This document shows positions 6,963 to 16,465 of a DNA stretch of 27,991 nucleotides, one piece after another. A program made the translations under genes and the position numbers. Source of the stretch: a virus (taxonomy: Duplodnaviria > Caudoviricetes); IMG/VR virus record IMGVR_UViG_3300029226_000043, positions 1 through 27,991 of that record. The stretch is one strand, 5' to 3'. Positions within the stretch are counted from its first letter, which is position 1. Each line of letters begins with the position of its first letter. The notes under the pieces were generated by a model. The model searched no databases. It had not been told where the DNA came from and worked only from the letters and a program-made list of their open reading frames with translations.

Positions 6963-8277
6963 TAAGCTAGAGGAATTACAGCTACTACCGCCGGATCAAC
7001 GCAAGACATTCCTCAGTCACCTCGACAATAACACTGCTGAAGACTTATTGTTTGACATTAAATTTAAAGGAAGGCCGAAGCAGCAATACCCAGTCGGTAA
7101 TTGGGATACGTGGATGATACTTGCGGGGCGTGGGTTCGGTAAGACATTCACTGGCAGTAATACAGTCAACAACTGGGCCTTAAATGATCCAGGTTGTACT
7201 ATCGCCATCGTTGTAGAGACAGCAAAGGATATTACACGGGTACTCATAGAGGGCAATGGAGGGATACTAAAACAGAGCAATCCAAACTTCACGCCAGTCT
7301 TCATAAGCGGGGTAAAGAACTATTTTAAATACCCGAATGGAAGCCTAGCTCTCGTATATAACGGAAGTGAGCCAGATCAATTGCGTGGCCCGGAACATCA
7401 TTATGCTTGGGTAGATGAATTAGCCAAGATGCGCTACCAGCAAGAAGTATGGGATATGCTGCTTATGGGGATGCGATTGGGTGATCATCCAAAGGTGTTA
7501 GTCACAACAACCCCAAAGCCGACAATACTAATTAAAAGTCTATACAAAGATCCTGATACAGTCGTTACAGAGGGCAGTACTTACGAAAACAGTTCGAACC
7601 TACCTGATTCATACTTGGCGCAGCTCAAGAAGAAATATGATGGTACGAGACTGGGTCAACAAGAGCTATACGCAAAGATACTTGACGACAATCCAAATGC
7701 CTTATTTAAATCGGCGGATATAGAGTTAACTCGTATTACAGCAAGCAGTAGACAACGCAAACTGTTAATTGAGAGTCTCGATAGGGTAGTCGTAGCAGTT
7801 GATCCGGCTGTAAGTGCTAACGAAAACAGTGATGAGACTGGCATTATAGTAGCAGGAAGGAAGGGTGACAATGGATACATCATAGCAGATGGGTCATTGA
7901 AGGGCACGCCGAACGAATGGGCCGCTGCTGCCGTTCACTTATACAAGCTAAACACCGCCGACAGGATAGTAGCAGAGAAGAACCAAGGGGGATTGATGGT
8001 AGAGTCAACCATCCGCACTGTAGATAAATTCCTACCCATCACCCTCATACACGCTTCCAAAGGCAAAGCATCACGAGCAGAACCCATAGCGGCCCTATAC
8101 GAGCAGCACCGTGTCCACCACGTTGGATTATTCGTTGACCTTGAGGAACAGATGGTTTCGTTCGATCCATCACTCGGCAATAAACAAAAGTCACCAGACA
8201 GACTCGACGCACTCGTATACGCATTGGCAGAGTTGTTTGAAAACGATAAGGAAGAGGCCTTCATATGGGCTATGTAA
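6949..8277 (+). CDS. terL: Terminase large subunit
   Basis: Walker A AGRGFGKT, Walker B AWVDE, TTTP coupling motif, and nuclease motifs VAVDPA and SPDRLDA. Confidence 0.97.
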   Translation: MNQLSKLEELQLLPPDQRKTFLSHLDNNTAEDLLFDIKFKGRPKQQYPVGNWDTWMILAGRGFGKTFTGSNTVNNWALNDPGCTIAIVVETAKDITRVLIEGNGGILKQSNPNFTPVFISGVKNYFKYPNGSLALVYNGSEPDQLRGPEHHYAWVDELAKMRYQQEVWDMLLMGMRLGDHPKVLVTTTPKPTILIKSLYKDPDTVVTEGSTYENSSNLPDSYLAQLKKKYDGTRLGQQELYAKILDDNPNALFKSADIELTRITASSRQRKLLIESLDRVVVAVDPAVSANENSDETGIIVAGRKGDNGYIIADGSLKGTPNEWAAAAVHLYKLNTADRIVAEKNQGGLMVESTIRTVDKFLPITLIHASKGKASRAEPIAALYEQHRVHHVGLFVDLEEQMVSFDPSLGNKQKSPDRLDALVYALAELFENDKEEAFIWAM

Positions 8278-8288
8278 GGAATCGTAGT

Positions 8289-8296
8289 CATAAATA
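8289..8296 (+). promoter_or_regulatory. T4-late-like promoter motif CATAAATA
   Basis: In the 39-nt terL-portal gap, upstream of SD AAGGA. Confidence 0.75.
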
Positions 8297-8316
8297 ACTA
8301 AAAGGAATTAACACTT

Positions 8317-9804
8317 ATGAAATTTAACCCATTCAATCTGTTTGGCGAGACTAAAGAAACTATTGACGCACCAGTCACATATTCACGCTTATTCGAGCAA
8401 ACAACCGCCGCATGGACAAGCCGCAATTATAATGGATTCGCGGTAGAGGGTTATAAGAAGAACGTCATCGCTCACAGATGTATTCGCGAAATAGCAGATA
8501 ACCTAAGTAGCATCACCTGGGTCGTCACTGACAAGAAAGGTGAGGCATATACAGAGCATCCGCTACTTACATTATTGAATCGCCCGAACCCGATGCAGGG
8601 CAAAGCTTCATTCTTTCGATCACTTCATACTTACAAACAACTTGCAGGCAATAGTTTTATATACGGCGTGGGTAATAGCAGCGGCATCCCCGGTGAGTTA
8701 TACGTACTGCCACCACAAACAATGACTATTAAACCCGGCAATCGTATGCTGCTGCCAAGTAGCTATGAATATAACCCAGGTAGCACGGTTAAGGTGTTTG
8801 ACGTTGATCAGACTACTGGAATGAGTGAAATACTTCATATAAAGACAGTCAACCCACTGGATCAGTATTACGGAATGAGCCCGCTCGAAGCAGCAGCTTA
8901 TAGCATTGACACTCACAATGAATCATCAGCCTGGAATATGAAGCTATTACAGAATGGCGGTCGCCCCAGTGGATTATTGAAGTTTAAGGATGGACTTACA
9001 CCAGAGCAGAAAACTTTGGCGCAATCAACACTAAAGGAACACTACAGTGGCAGCAATAACGCTGGAAACGCTCTCGTACTTGGTGGTGATGTTGACTTTA
9101 CAGAGATGCAACTATCCCCAAAGGATATGGATTATTTAAATGCTCGCAATACATCCGCACGTGATATAGCTATGGCATTCAGAATCCCCCCAGTACTATT
9201 GAATATTGGCAGTGATACAACATACGCAAATATGCAGGAAGCAAGACTTGCGTTATGGGAAGAAAACTTGGTGCCAGAGATTGAGTACTTGATAGATGAA
9301 TTAAATAACTGGCTCGTGCCAAAGTTCGGCGATGACATTATATTAACCTACGATAAAGACGCAATACAGGCACTCGCTTACAGACGAAAGATTACACACG
9401 AGACAGTACAGAACGCAGACTTTTTAACAATCAATGAGAAACGTGCTGTATGCGGATACAGCGAAGTAATTGGCGGTGATGAAGTACTGGTGCCACTAAA
9501 TTTAGTGCCTCTCGGTCAAGACATTGACGACGCTGAAGATGAGTTAGTTCAGGAACCTATTGATGAACCTACAGATGAAGGTGAAGATGAACCTACTGAT
9601 GAAGATAAAGGTTTAATTACAACTTATAGCGTTGGGCCAACCAAAGTAGATGATACATCGCACTCACATAAGTTCGACGGTGACTATAAGTCTGGGTCAA
9701 CACAAGATGACAGTGGTCATAGTCACACTTATGTTATTGGCGCAAATAAGACTGGCATAACGAATGGTCACAGTCATCCAATGCCAGCAATTGATTGGCT
9801 ATAA
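8317..9804 (+). CDS. HK97-family portal protein with acidic/His-rich C-terminal extension
   Basis: HPLLTLLNRPNP, LAGNSF, YGMSPL, NGGRPSG and IAMAFRIPPVLL...TYAN motifs. Confidence 0.96.
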   Translation: MKFNPFNLFGETKETIDAPVTYSRLFEQTTAAWTSRNYNGFAVEGYKKNVIAHRCIREIADNLSSITWVVTDKKGEAYTEHPLLTLLNRPNPMQGKASFFRSLHTYKQLAGNSFIYGVGNSSGIPGELYVLPPQTMTIKPGNRMLLPSSYEYNPGSTVKVFDVDQTTGMSEILHIKTVNPLDQYYGMSPLEAAAYSIDTHNESSAWNMKLLQNGGRPSGLLKFKDGLTPEQKTLAQSTLKEHYSGSNNAGNALVLGGDVDFTEMQLSPKDMDYLNARNTSARDIAMAFRIPPVLLNIGSDTTYANMQEARLALWEENLVPEIEYLIDELNNWLVPKFGDDIILTYDKDAIQALAYRRKITHETVQNADFLTINEKRAVCGYSEVIGGDEVLVPLNLVPLGQDIDDAEDELVQEPIDEPTDEGEDEPTDEDKGLITTYSVGPTKVDDTSHSHKFDGDYKSGSTQDDSGHSHTYVIGANKTGITNGHSHPMPAIDWL

Positions 9805-10523
9805 TGAATAATACTGCTAAACAGAGGTTACGATTACAGTACTTACAACGTTTAGGACGGTACGAACGTGGATTAAAGCAACGGGTAACGTCAGTCTTCA
9901 GAAAACAAGGAAGATCGCTACGGAATAGGTACTTGTTTACCGGCACTGTATTACACTCGGACCTTGACAAGTATTCGAGGGAGTTGCGAGTCTTATTGAT
10001 GAAGTACTACAACACAGTAGGCAATGCTCTCGGGCCATCAATGGTTCATGGCATAAAAGAAGAGACACCGTTTGAAAGAGAGTTGCGGATATGGTCAATC
10101 GCAAGGGCAGCTACAGTAGTAGACGGAATTGAAGATACTACTTGGCGAGCTATTCAAGCAGTTGTACTTCAATCGCAATCTGAAGGGCTCGGCGTAGTAG
10201 CTACAGCAAATGAAATACGCAAGCAGACAGATATACTGTCAACCGCACGGGCAAAGACTATCGCGCGTACTGAATTACATATAGCAGCGAACGTGGCTGG
10301 TGGAATTGTAGCTAACGGCACGGGTCTACAAATGAAAAAGACTTGGGTCTCGGCACAAGATGATAGGACACGGTCATCACATAGATCGGCAAACGGACAA
10401 ACGGTTGATATAAGCGATCCGTTCATAGTCAATGGATACAGCTTAATAAACCCTGGTGATCCGAATGGCCCTGCCTCGGAAGTTATAAATTGTAGATGCA
10501 CAGTTATATATACACCAACTTAA
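9804..10523 (+). CDS. MuF/SPP1 gp7-like minor head morphogenesis protein
   Basis: RAKTIARTE, KKTWVSAQDDRTRSSH and PGDP..ASEVINCRC. The start at the TAATG overlap is preferred over TTG 9795. Confidence 0.9.
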   Translation: MNNTAKQRLRLQYLQRLGRYERGLKQRVTSVFRKQGRSLRNRYLFTGTVLHSDLDKYSRELRVLLMKYYNTVGNALGPSMVHGIKEETPFERELRIWSIARAATVVDGIEDTTWRAIQAVVLQSQSEGLGVVATANEIRKQTDILSTARAKTIARTELHIAANVAGGIVANGTGLQMKKTWVSAQDDRTRSSHRSANGQTVDISDPFIVNGYSLINPGDPNGPASEVINCRCTVIYTPT

Positions 10524-10532
10524 GGAAATAAT

Positions 10533-11135
10533 ATGAATGAAATGGACATAAGCAGCATCTTTAGCATTAACGGGATTCCAGCAACTGGCCTGTCACCAGT
10601 TATTCGTATTACGGAGATTGATAGTGGTGTCACCACATTAACTGTTAATGACGCAGCTATGACCGAGATTGGGGATGGGTTTTACACATTTAACTTCGAC
10701 CAAGCACAAGGATATGAATCAACGAAGAATTATTTAGTTCGTGTTGATGGTGGAAATACATTAACGGATCGCTACCAAGCTCAAGAGATTAACCCTATTG
10801 AGTCAACAATCATTAATGGTGTACTTGATGAGCCATTAAATCAACATCAGACAAATGGAAGTGTTGGTGCCTCGTTAGCCGATACATTAGCAAATACAGC
10901 AGGGTTATTAATTGATGTTGCAGATGTTGATGCCATCGTTCAGTTAACACTCAAGTACAACACCAACAGAACCAAGATTGACAACAGTGCCAAGACGTTA
11001 ACAGTATACGATGATGATTGCGTCACACCATTGCGAGTGTTTGCGCTATTTGACGCAAGCAATAGCCCATCAACACAATCAATATTTGAACGCAAACCAA
11101 CAGTAGCTAGTGATGGCAAGGCGGTTTGTGGATAA
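10533..11135 (+). CDS. Hypothetical protein (200 aa), probably virion-associated
   Basis: SD AAGGA, beta-rich T/D/N composition, located within the head operon. Confidence 0.75.
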   Translation: MNEMDISSIFSINGIPATGLSPVIRITEIDSGVTTLTVNDAAMTEIGDGFYTFNFDQAQGYESTKNYLVRVDGGNTLTDRYQAQEINPIESTIINGVLDEPLNQHQTNGSVGASLADTLANTAGLLIDVADVDAIVQLTLKYNTNRTKIDNSAKTLTVYDDDCVTPLRVFALFDASNSPSTQSIFERKPTVASDGKAVCG

Positions 11136-11138
11136 CTT

Positions 11139-11378
11139 ATGAATATATTAACAAAGCCAATATCCAGCACAGAAATAACTGAGCAGTACGACAAACTTAC
11201 AGATGAACAATCACCAGTGTTTTATATAGGTGAAGCGGCGATTGGATCATTACCCAGTGCCGCAGCATGGCGCATAAAGCGAATAACAGTTAGTGGCTCA
11301 ATAGCAACAACGGTCTGGGCAGATAGCACCGAATCATTTAACAAGATTTGGGACAACAGAACTGGATACACATACTAA
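11139..11378 (+). CDS. Small hypothetical phage protein (79 aa)
   Basis: YIGEA..GS..S.AAWRIKRI...WA....F..IWDNR..Y pattern recalled from phage structural regions. Tightly packed with its neighbours. Confidence 0.75.
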   Translation: MNILTKPISSTEITEQYDKLTDEQSPVFYIGEAAIGSLPSAAAWRIKRITVSGSIATTVWADSTESFNKIWDNRTGYTY

Positions 11379-13582
11379 TGACAATAACAGTAAACGAAAG
11401 AGCTGGTCTCTATCGCATTGGGCGGTTCGTAGCAGCAACAGACACTTGGTCTACAATAGCGGTTAGCAGCGCCGGAGCAAACAACTTCGACTTTTTATCG
11501 AACGCAGCAGTCGGTGACGCAGTCGGCTTTGCCTCGCGTAATGCATACAGTATTAAATATGCAGGGATTGACTTTGATATTAGCACCGCCCTCACAGCAT
11601 CTACTATTGAAGGTGTTTGGGAATATGCGGTGTTTGACGCGACAGTAAACACCAATTACGGCATACGATGGGAGCCACTTGAGTATGTAGTTGATGACAC
11701 AAATAAATTCCAGAATACAGGCGCAAATACGGTAACTTGGCTCATCCCCCAGGACTGGCACAATTACACCAACTGGTCATCAGGTCACAATGGTAGCGGT
11801 GGGTATTATGAATGGTGTGTACGGTTCAGAGTGACGGCAGTGAGTGGAATGACAGATGGTGGCACCCATTCAGGTACTCGTGCCAAAGTTATTCGTTATG
11901 GCATTTCGGTTAAGAATCAAGACTCAACCCTCGATGATATTTACGATGGTGACCAGATCGGAACGTACGAGTTAACCAGCCGCACGGCCACCGCTGTAGA
12001 TAGTGCCGCGGTGCCGAACAGGTTTTTTATGAATGGCCGTACTGTCTCGCTATCACCCAACAGGCAAATAGCACTGGATGTTACAGCATTTACAGGATTT
12101 ACAAGCGTTACAATAGCGATAGCTGGATTGGATTTATTCGGCACCGCCCAATCAGAAAGCATTACAGTTAGCGCAGCATCATCGGTTAATTTAACGAACG
12201 ATTACAGTCAGATTTATACAACAGAAGTGACCGCAGTTACAGGCAGTGGCAGTATTGACTTTGCGTTAATACAAACGTGCTGGGGATTCATTACAAAATA
12301 TGGGGCGAATCAATTTACGTTCGACGTTAGTTTATATACATCAGGAACTGGCACATTAACAATTAAAAACAAACACGTATTATTTACAAAAAACACATCA
12401 ATACACGTTAGATCCCCAATTGAGTACGGTGAGCTATACGGTGATAAAGGAATAAATGGAAATAGCATAATATTCGAACTTGAAGATGCTGACTACATCG
12501 GCATCAGTGTTGGATATTCTGACGCTGTCTTTTGCGACACAGTATTTAAATGCCTCAACTTAAATACAGGGATTCACATTCACGGGTTTTGGGGTGGTGG
12601 AATTGGGCAGGATGTGAGACAAGTATTAGCAGGTGTTACATTACAAGGATTCAGAAATACATCATTTACAAATAAAGTAAACATCGTAGCAGATACAAAA
12701 GTCGTTGGAACCCACAATGAAGGAAATGGGTGTATTCAACTCAACAATACTTACGTCGCAAACTCTATAGGAATACGCTCATCGTACAACCGTCCAGGAG
12801 CAACACTCCATAAACTTGATTTTACAGGCATAACTGGCCCGTGCGTACAACCATGGCAGTCGGATAGAGCTGCTGGATGGATAGAGACTTATTGTGATTG
12901 TAATTGGGGAACTAAAACCGACGCACTAAAAATACAGTTCAGGAATCAGAATATGGTCAATTTGGATGCTGTAGTGTACGAAGCTTATAGTGTTATGTTA
13001 CATGCGACTGATAAGAATGGCGTTCCAGTAGCAAACGCAACCCTCACTATAACTGATGGTAATAGCAATACTGTAGGAACCTATACAAGCAATGTTGATG
13101 GATACTTCGGTGTGTATTCAGGACAACCAACTTCAGTTGTTGATGCTGATAGTATTTTTGATACGACTAAATCGTTTGCTACCGAAGAATTATGGCACGG
13201 ATTAATTCATTTTACATCCGGGGAAAATGCTGGCAATCGTCATATTATATATAAAGACCACACCGCAACAGAAATTACATTCGCACCCAGAATGGTTACA
13301 CTCGCTGACACATCATCACAATATATAATTGTACCGATTATAAATGTAAAAGAGTACGCCCATTCATCAGTTACACCAAACACATACAATTATGGTGATG
13401 TTACAGACAGCAATCCGTACACATTTACTATCACTGCAGATGGATATGAGACTCATACAGTGACTCAAGTCGTCGACTCTGCTATTGACGCAGGCGTTAA
13501 ATTGGCAAGTTCGACTGCTATTGAATTAACTACAAGCACAATCATCCATAAGATTGATGAAGATAAAGTGATTTTATTATGA
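11378..13582 (+). CDS. Large beta-rich protein (734 aa), candidate head fibre/spike
   Basis: Start at the TAATG overlap. T/S/G/V-rich, with a possible beta-helix centre and an Ig-like end (GVPVANATLTITD...ITADGYET). Function is inferred. Confidence 0.7.
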   Translation: MTITVNERAGLYRIGRFVAATDTWSTIAVSSAGANNFDFLSNAAVGDAVGFASRNAYSIKYAGIDFDISTALTASTIEGVWEYAVFDATVNTNYGIRWEPLEYVVDDTNKFQNTGANTVTWLIPQDWHNYTNWSSGHNGSGGYYEWCVRFRVTAVSGMTDGGTHSGTRAKVIRYGISVKNQDSTLDDIYDGDQIGTYELTSRTATAVDSAAVPNRFFMNGRTVSLSPNRQIALDVTAFTGFTSVTIAIAGLDLFGTAQSESITVSAASSVNLTNDYSQIYTTEVTAVTGSGSIDFALIQTCWGFITKYGANQFTFDVSLYTSGTGTLTIKNKHVLFTKNTSIHVRSPIEYGELYGDKGINGNSIIFELEDADYIGISVGYSDAVFCDTVFKCLNLNTGIHIHGFWGGGIGQDVRQVLAGVTLQGFRNTSFTNKVNIVADTKVVGTHNEGNGCIQLNNTYVANSIGIRSSYNRPGATLHKLDFTGITGPCVQPWQSDRAAGWIETYCDCNWGTKTDALKIQFRNQNMVNLDAVVYEAYSVMLHATDKNGVPVANATLTITDGNSNTVGTYTSNVDGYFGVYSGQPTSVVDADSIFDTTKSFATEELWHGLIHFTSGENAGNRHIIYKDHTATEITFAPRMVTLADTSSQYIIVPIINVKEYAHSSVTPNTYNYGDVTDSNPYTFTITADGYETHTVTQVVDSAIDAGVKLASSTAIELTTSTIIHKIDEDKVILL

Positions 13583-13908
13583 TGACATTCGGGCTAGGTG
13601 GAAACGCGACAGAAATGATCGCCAGTAAATTCGGACTCAATGGGTTGACTATTACAGCAGAGATACTGCCACCAATGGGTGGGGGCAGCGGCATTCCGTT
13701 TGCGCTGCCGTTAAATGATCCGATTCAGACTGTAAGAATAACAGTTATGTACAAAGGTAAAAGCTGGGTGCGAATATTTAAATTTAGCAGATTCGGAATA
13801 CAAGCGATTATAAGTATTCGGTCAATCTTCGCAACAGTTACAACAAAGTTTACAATTGCAGTTACAAAGATGCGCAAAGCGATAAATATTATGCGATTGA
13901 AGAGATAA
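13579..13908 (+). CDS. Hypothetical protein (109 aa)
   Basis: ATGA overlap with the previous gene. TFGLGG N-terminus, GGGSG linker and basic C-terminus. Confidence 0.65.
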   Translation: MMTFGLGGNATEMIASKFGLNGLTITAEILPPMGGGSGIPFALPLNDPIQTVRITVMYKGKSWVRIFKFSRFGIQAIISIRSIFATVTTKFTIAVTKMRKAINIMRLKR

Positions 13909-13911
13909 ATA
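13881..13911 (+). promoter_or_regulatory. Two T4-late-like promoter motifs GATAAATA
   Basis: At 13881-13888 and 13904-13911, upstream of SD AAGGA and ATG 13928. Confidence 0.7.
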
Positions 13912-13927
13912 ATTAAAAGGAATTTAT

Positions 13928-15052
13928 ATGAGTGATCTACAAATATTATTGGACGAAGAAACTACTTTGGTCTTTGAAGTTGAGGTACAAGGTGCGTCAA
14001 CTAAAAACTTAAAGTCGAGATTCATCATTGAGACAAATGAAGGAATGGATCTATCGTTCGACGGTAAATTGGATAACACCTCGCTATCCGTGAAGATGCC
14101 CATACTTGCGTTGACACTAGAGCCAAATACTTACAAGTGCCGACTAGAGATGATACTCGAAGGTGAGAAGTTCAGTACACCTCTCGAGACAACAATTGAT
14201 ACTATCCTGCCAGTTAAAACACGGGTTGGGATTAAAGGAAACAAGGTTCACCAGAAGAAACAGGTTAAGGGTACAGTGATCGTTAAGGATGACGTGACCA
14301 TAGAGGAAAGGATTCCAGCTGTTCCTGTTATAGATGAAGTAAAAGAAGTAAAAGAAGTAAAAGAAGTACTGCCAGAAACAAAAGTTAAAATCTACGATGA
14401 GAAGAATCAACTTGTAGAGATTGAAACAAAGAATCATCAGTTCGAGTTAAAGGCATTGGGCGATGATGGTACGTTTGAAGGATACGGTAGCATCTTTGGC
14501 AATGTTGACAGCTATGGTGACATAGTAGTTAAAGGCGCTTTTGAAAAGACGCTAAAAGAACGCAAGAACGTCAAGCTACTATGGCAGCACGATACACGTG
14601 AGCCAATTGGTGTATTTACAGAGATGTTTGAAGACACCACTGGGTTAGTTGTAAAAGGCCAAATTGCGATGGACGTACAGAAAGGCAAAGAGGCATACGC
14701 CCTGTTGAAGATGGGTGCCATAGATGGCCTCTCTATAGGATATAAAACTATCCGCAGCAAGATAGACAAAAAGAGCAATAGTAGATTGCTTACAGAATTA
14801 AAATTATTTGAAGTTTCAGTAGTCACCTTCCCCGCAAACGAAGTGTCGACTGTTACTGCCGTCAAGAGCGAAATGGATGCGTTAACAAGCGCAGACGAGA
14901 TTGCCGTACTTGACTTTGTTAAATCACTTCAGACAAAAGATGCGCCGATTGATACTGATCACCCATCTACTGACGCCGATAAAAATAGTGACACGCCGAT
15001 TGAAGACAATCACCTGTTACAGCAATTGATGAAGGAACTTAACGCTAAATAA
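13928..15052 (+). CDS. HK97-family prohead protease with ~165-aa N-terminal extra domain
   Basis: GTFEGYGSIFGNVDSYGD, LLWQHD, GLSIGY and LFEVSVVTFPAN motifs, all in the C-terminal half. Confidence 0.93.
   Translation: MSDLQILLDEETTLVFEVEVQGASTKNLKSRFIIETNEGMDLSFDGKLDNTSLSVKMPILALTLEPNTYKCRLEMILEGEKFSTPLETTIDTILPVKTRVGIKGNKVHQKKQVKGTVIVKDDVTIEERIPAVPVIDEVKEVKEVKEVLPETKVKIYDEKNQLVEIETKNHQFELKALGDDGTFEGYGSIFGNVDSYGDIVVKGAFEKTLKERKNVKLLWQHDTREPIGVFTEMFEDTTGLVVKGQIAMDVQKGKEAYALLKMGAIDGLSIGYKTIRSKIDKKSNSRLLTELKLFEVSVVTFPANEVSTVTAVKSEMDALTSADEIAVLDFVKSLQTKDAPIDTDHPSTDADKNSDTPIEDNHLLQQLMKELNAK
15044..15051 (+). promoter_or_regulatory. T4-late-like promoter motif GCTAAATA
   Basis: Overlaps the protease stop codon, 29 nt before the capsid ATG. 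Confidence 0.65.
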
Positions 15053-15080
15053 GCGTCACACTAAACATAAAGGAAATATT

Positions 15081-16247
15081 ATGACTGATACAAACAAAGT
15101 CCTCGAAGAGTTAAATCAACTTGTTCACGGCGAACTAAAATCTGTACGTAAAGATATGGATGAAGTTAAAGAGGGTTCAGCTCGATTTAACGAACTGTCT
15201 GTAAAACACGACACGATCATTGAAGACGTTGATGCGTTACACGCAAAGATGGATACAATGGCAACGGCAATGAATCGCCTAAGCACTTCAGAAGTTGAAG
15301 CCAAAGCAGATGAATCTGTAGCGGAATACAAAGCAGCATACGATACATACATCCGTACAGCTGATGCGAGTGAAATTAAAGCTCTATCTGTTGGCGTTGA
15401 TGCTGATGGTGGCTTTGTTGCACCAGAAGAAATGAGTGCTCGTATACTTGAAAATATATACGAAACTTCACCAGTACGTCAAATCGCAACTATACAAAAT
15501 ACAGCAAACAAAGAAGTACGCTTTATTGTTGACATTGACGAAGCTGGCGCATCTTGGGGCAGTGAAGGCGGCGTTGTTGCTGAAACAACTACACCTCAGT
15601 TGAGCGAACTGGTTATTAAATGCCACAAGCTACATGCTGAACCTCACGCTACTGAAGAGATTCTTCAAGACGCAGAAGTTAATATGGAAGCTTGGCTTAC
15701 AGCGAAAGTTGCTGATAAGTTTAGTCGCACAGAAAACTTGGCATTTGTTAAAGGCACAGGCGATGGTAACAACCAGCCAACTGGCTTCACAACTTATGCT
15801 GCTGGTACAGCTTACGGTCAGATCGAACAGATCACTTCCGGTACAATTGGCGCGTTTGACGCAGATGACTTGATTGATATGGTCGGGCAGTTGAAGACAC
15901 CGTACTTACAAGGATCAAGTTGGGCATTTAACCGCTTAACACATCGTGATATTCGCAAGCTAAAAGATAGCAACGGCGAGTACTTGTTTGATGGTCAAGA
16001 CTTAATTAACCGTACATTCCTGGGCTACAATGTAACCCTACTGGAAGATATGGATAACGTCGGAACTGGTAATTTACCAATCGCGTTCGGTGATTTTAGC
16101 AAGGCTTATACTATCGTTGATCGTGCTCAGACTAACGTATTACGTGATCCGTATACTAGCAAGGGCTTCATAAAATTTTACACTACTCGTCGAGTCGGCG
16201 GAGCAGTTACAAACTTTGAAGCAATCAAGCTTTTAACAATAGCGTAA
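15081..16247 (+). CDS. HK97-family major capsid protein
   Basis: Coiled-coil delta domain ending EIKA, DGGFVAPEE, ENLAFVKGTG...QPTG, LKDSNGEYLF, IAFGDF and LRDPY...RVGG. Confidence 0.97.
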   Translation: MTDTNKVLEELNQLVHGELKSVRKDMDEVKEGSARFNELSVKHDTIIEDVDALHAKMDTMATAMNRLSTSEVEAKADESVAEYKAAYDTYIRTADASEIKALSVGVDADGGFVAPEEMSARILENIYETSPVRQIATIQNTANKEVRFIVDIDEAGASWGSEGGVVAETTTPQLSELVIKCHKLHAEPHATEEILQDAEVNMEAWLTAKVADKFSRTENLAFVKGTGDGNNQPTGFTTYAAGTAYGQIEQITSGTIGAFDADDLIDMVGQLKTPYLQGSSWAFNRLTHRDIRKLKDSNGEYLFDGQDLINRTFLGYNVTLLEDMDNVGTGNLPIAFGDFSKAYTIVDRAQTNVLRDPYTSKGFIKFYTTRRVGGAVTNFEAIKLLTIA

Positions 16248-16266
16248 CCGTTACACAGCAGTACAG

Positions 16267-16295
16267 AAAAAGCATCCTTCGGGGTGCTTTTTTTT
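16267..16295 (+). terminator. Rho-independent terminator with C(UUCG)G tetraloop
   Basis: AAAAAGCATCC-TTCG-GGGTGCTTTTTTTT directly after the capsid gene. Confidence 0.92.
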
Positions 16296-16297
16296 GG

Positions 16298-16305
16298 GCT
16301 AAATA
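16298..16305 (+). promoter_or_regulatory. T4-late-like promoter motif GCTAAATA
   Basis: Immediately after the terminator, 4 nt before ATG 16310. Confidence 0.75.
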
Positions 16306-16309
16306 CAGT

Positions 16310-16465
16310 ATGAAGATAACCATAACTCTCAATGCCGCACCGGATTTAGTCTTTGCCGTGCCTAGTAATATTGCGAATGAACTTGTCGAAAGAGGTTTAG
16401 CAAAGATCCGCAATGATAAATATTTAACAGCCGTTGAAGGCCCAGAGGAAATAAAATGCAAATAA
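16310..16465 (+). CDS. Small capsid-linked protein (51 aa), probably leaderless; not in ORF track
   Basis: MKITITLNAAPDLVFAVPSNIANELVERGLAKIRNDKYLTAVEGPEEIKCK*. The A..LV..G.A pattern is typical of small post-capsid genes. No SD. Confidence 0.65.
   Translation: MKITITLNAAPDLVFAVPSNIANELVERGLAKIRNDKYLTAVEGPEEIKCK
16415..16422 (+). promoter_or_regulatory. T4-late-like promoter motif GATAAATA
   Basis: Inside the small ORF, 33 nt before ATG 16456. Confidence 0.5.
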
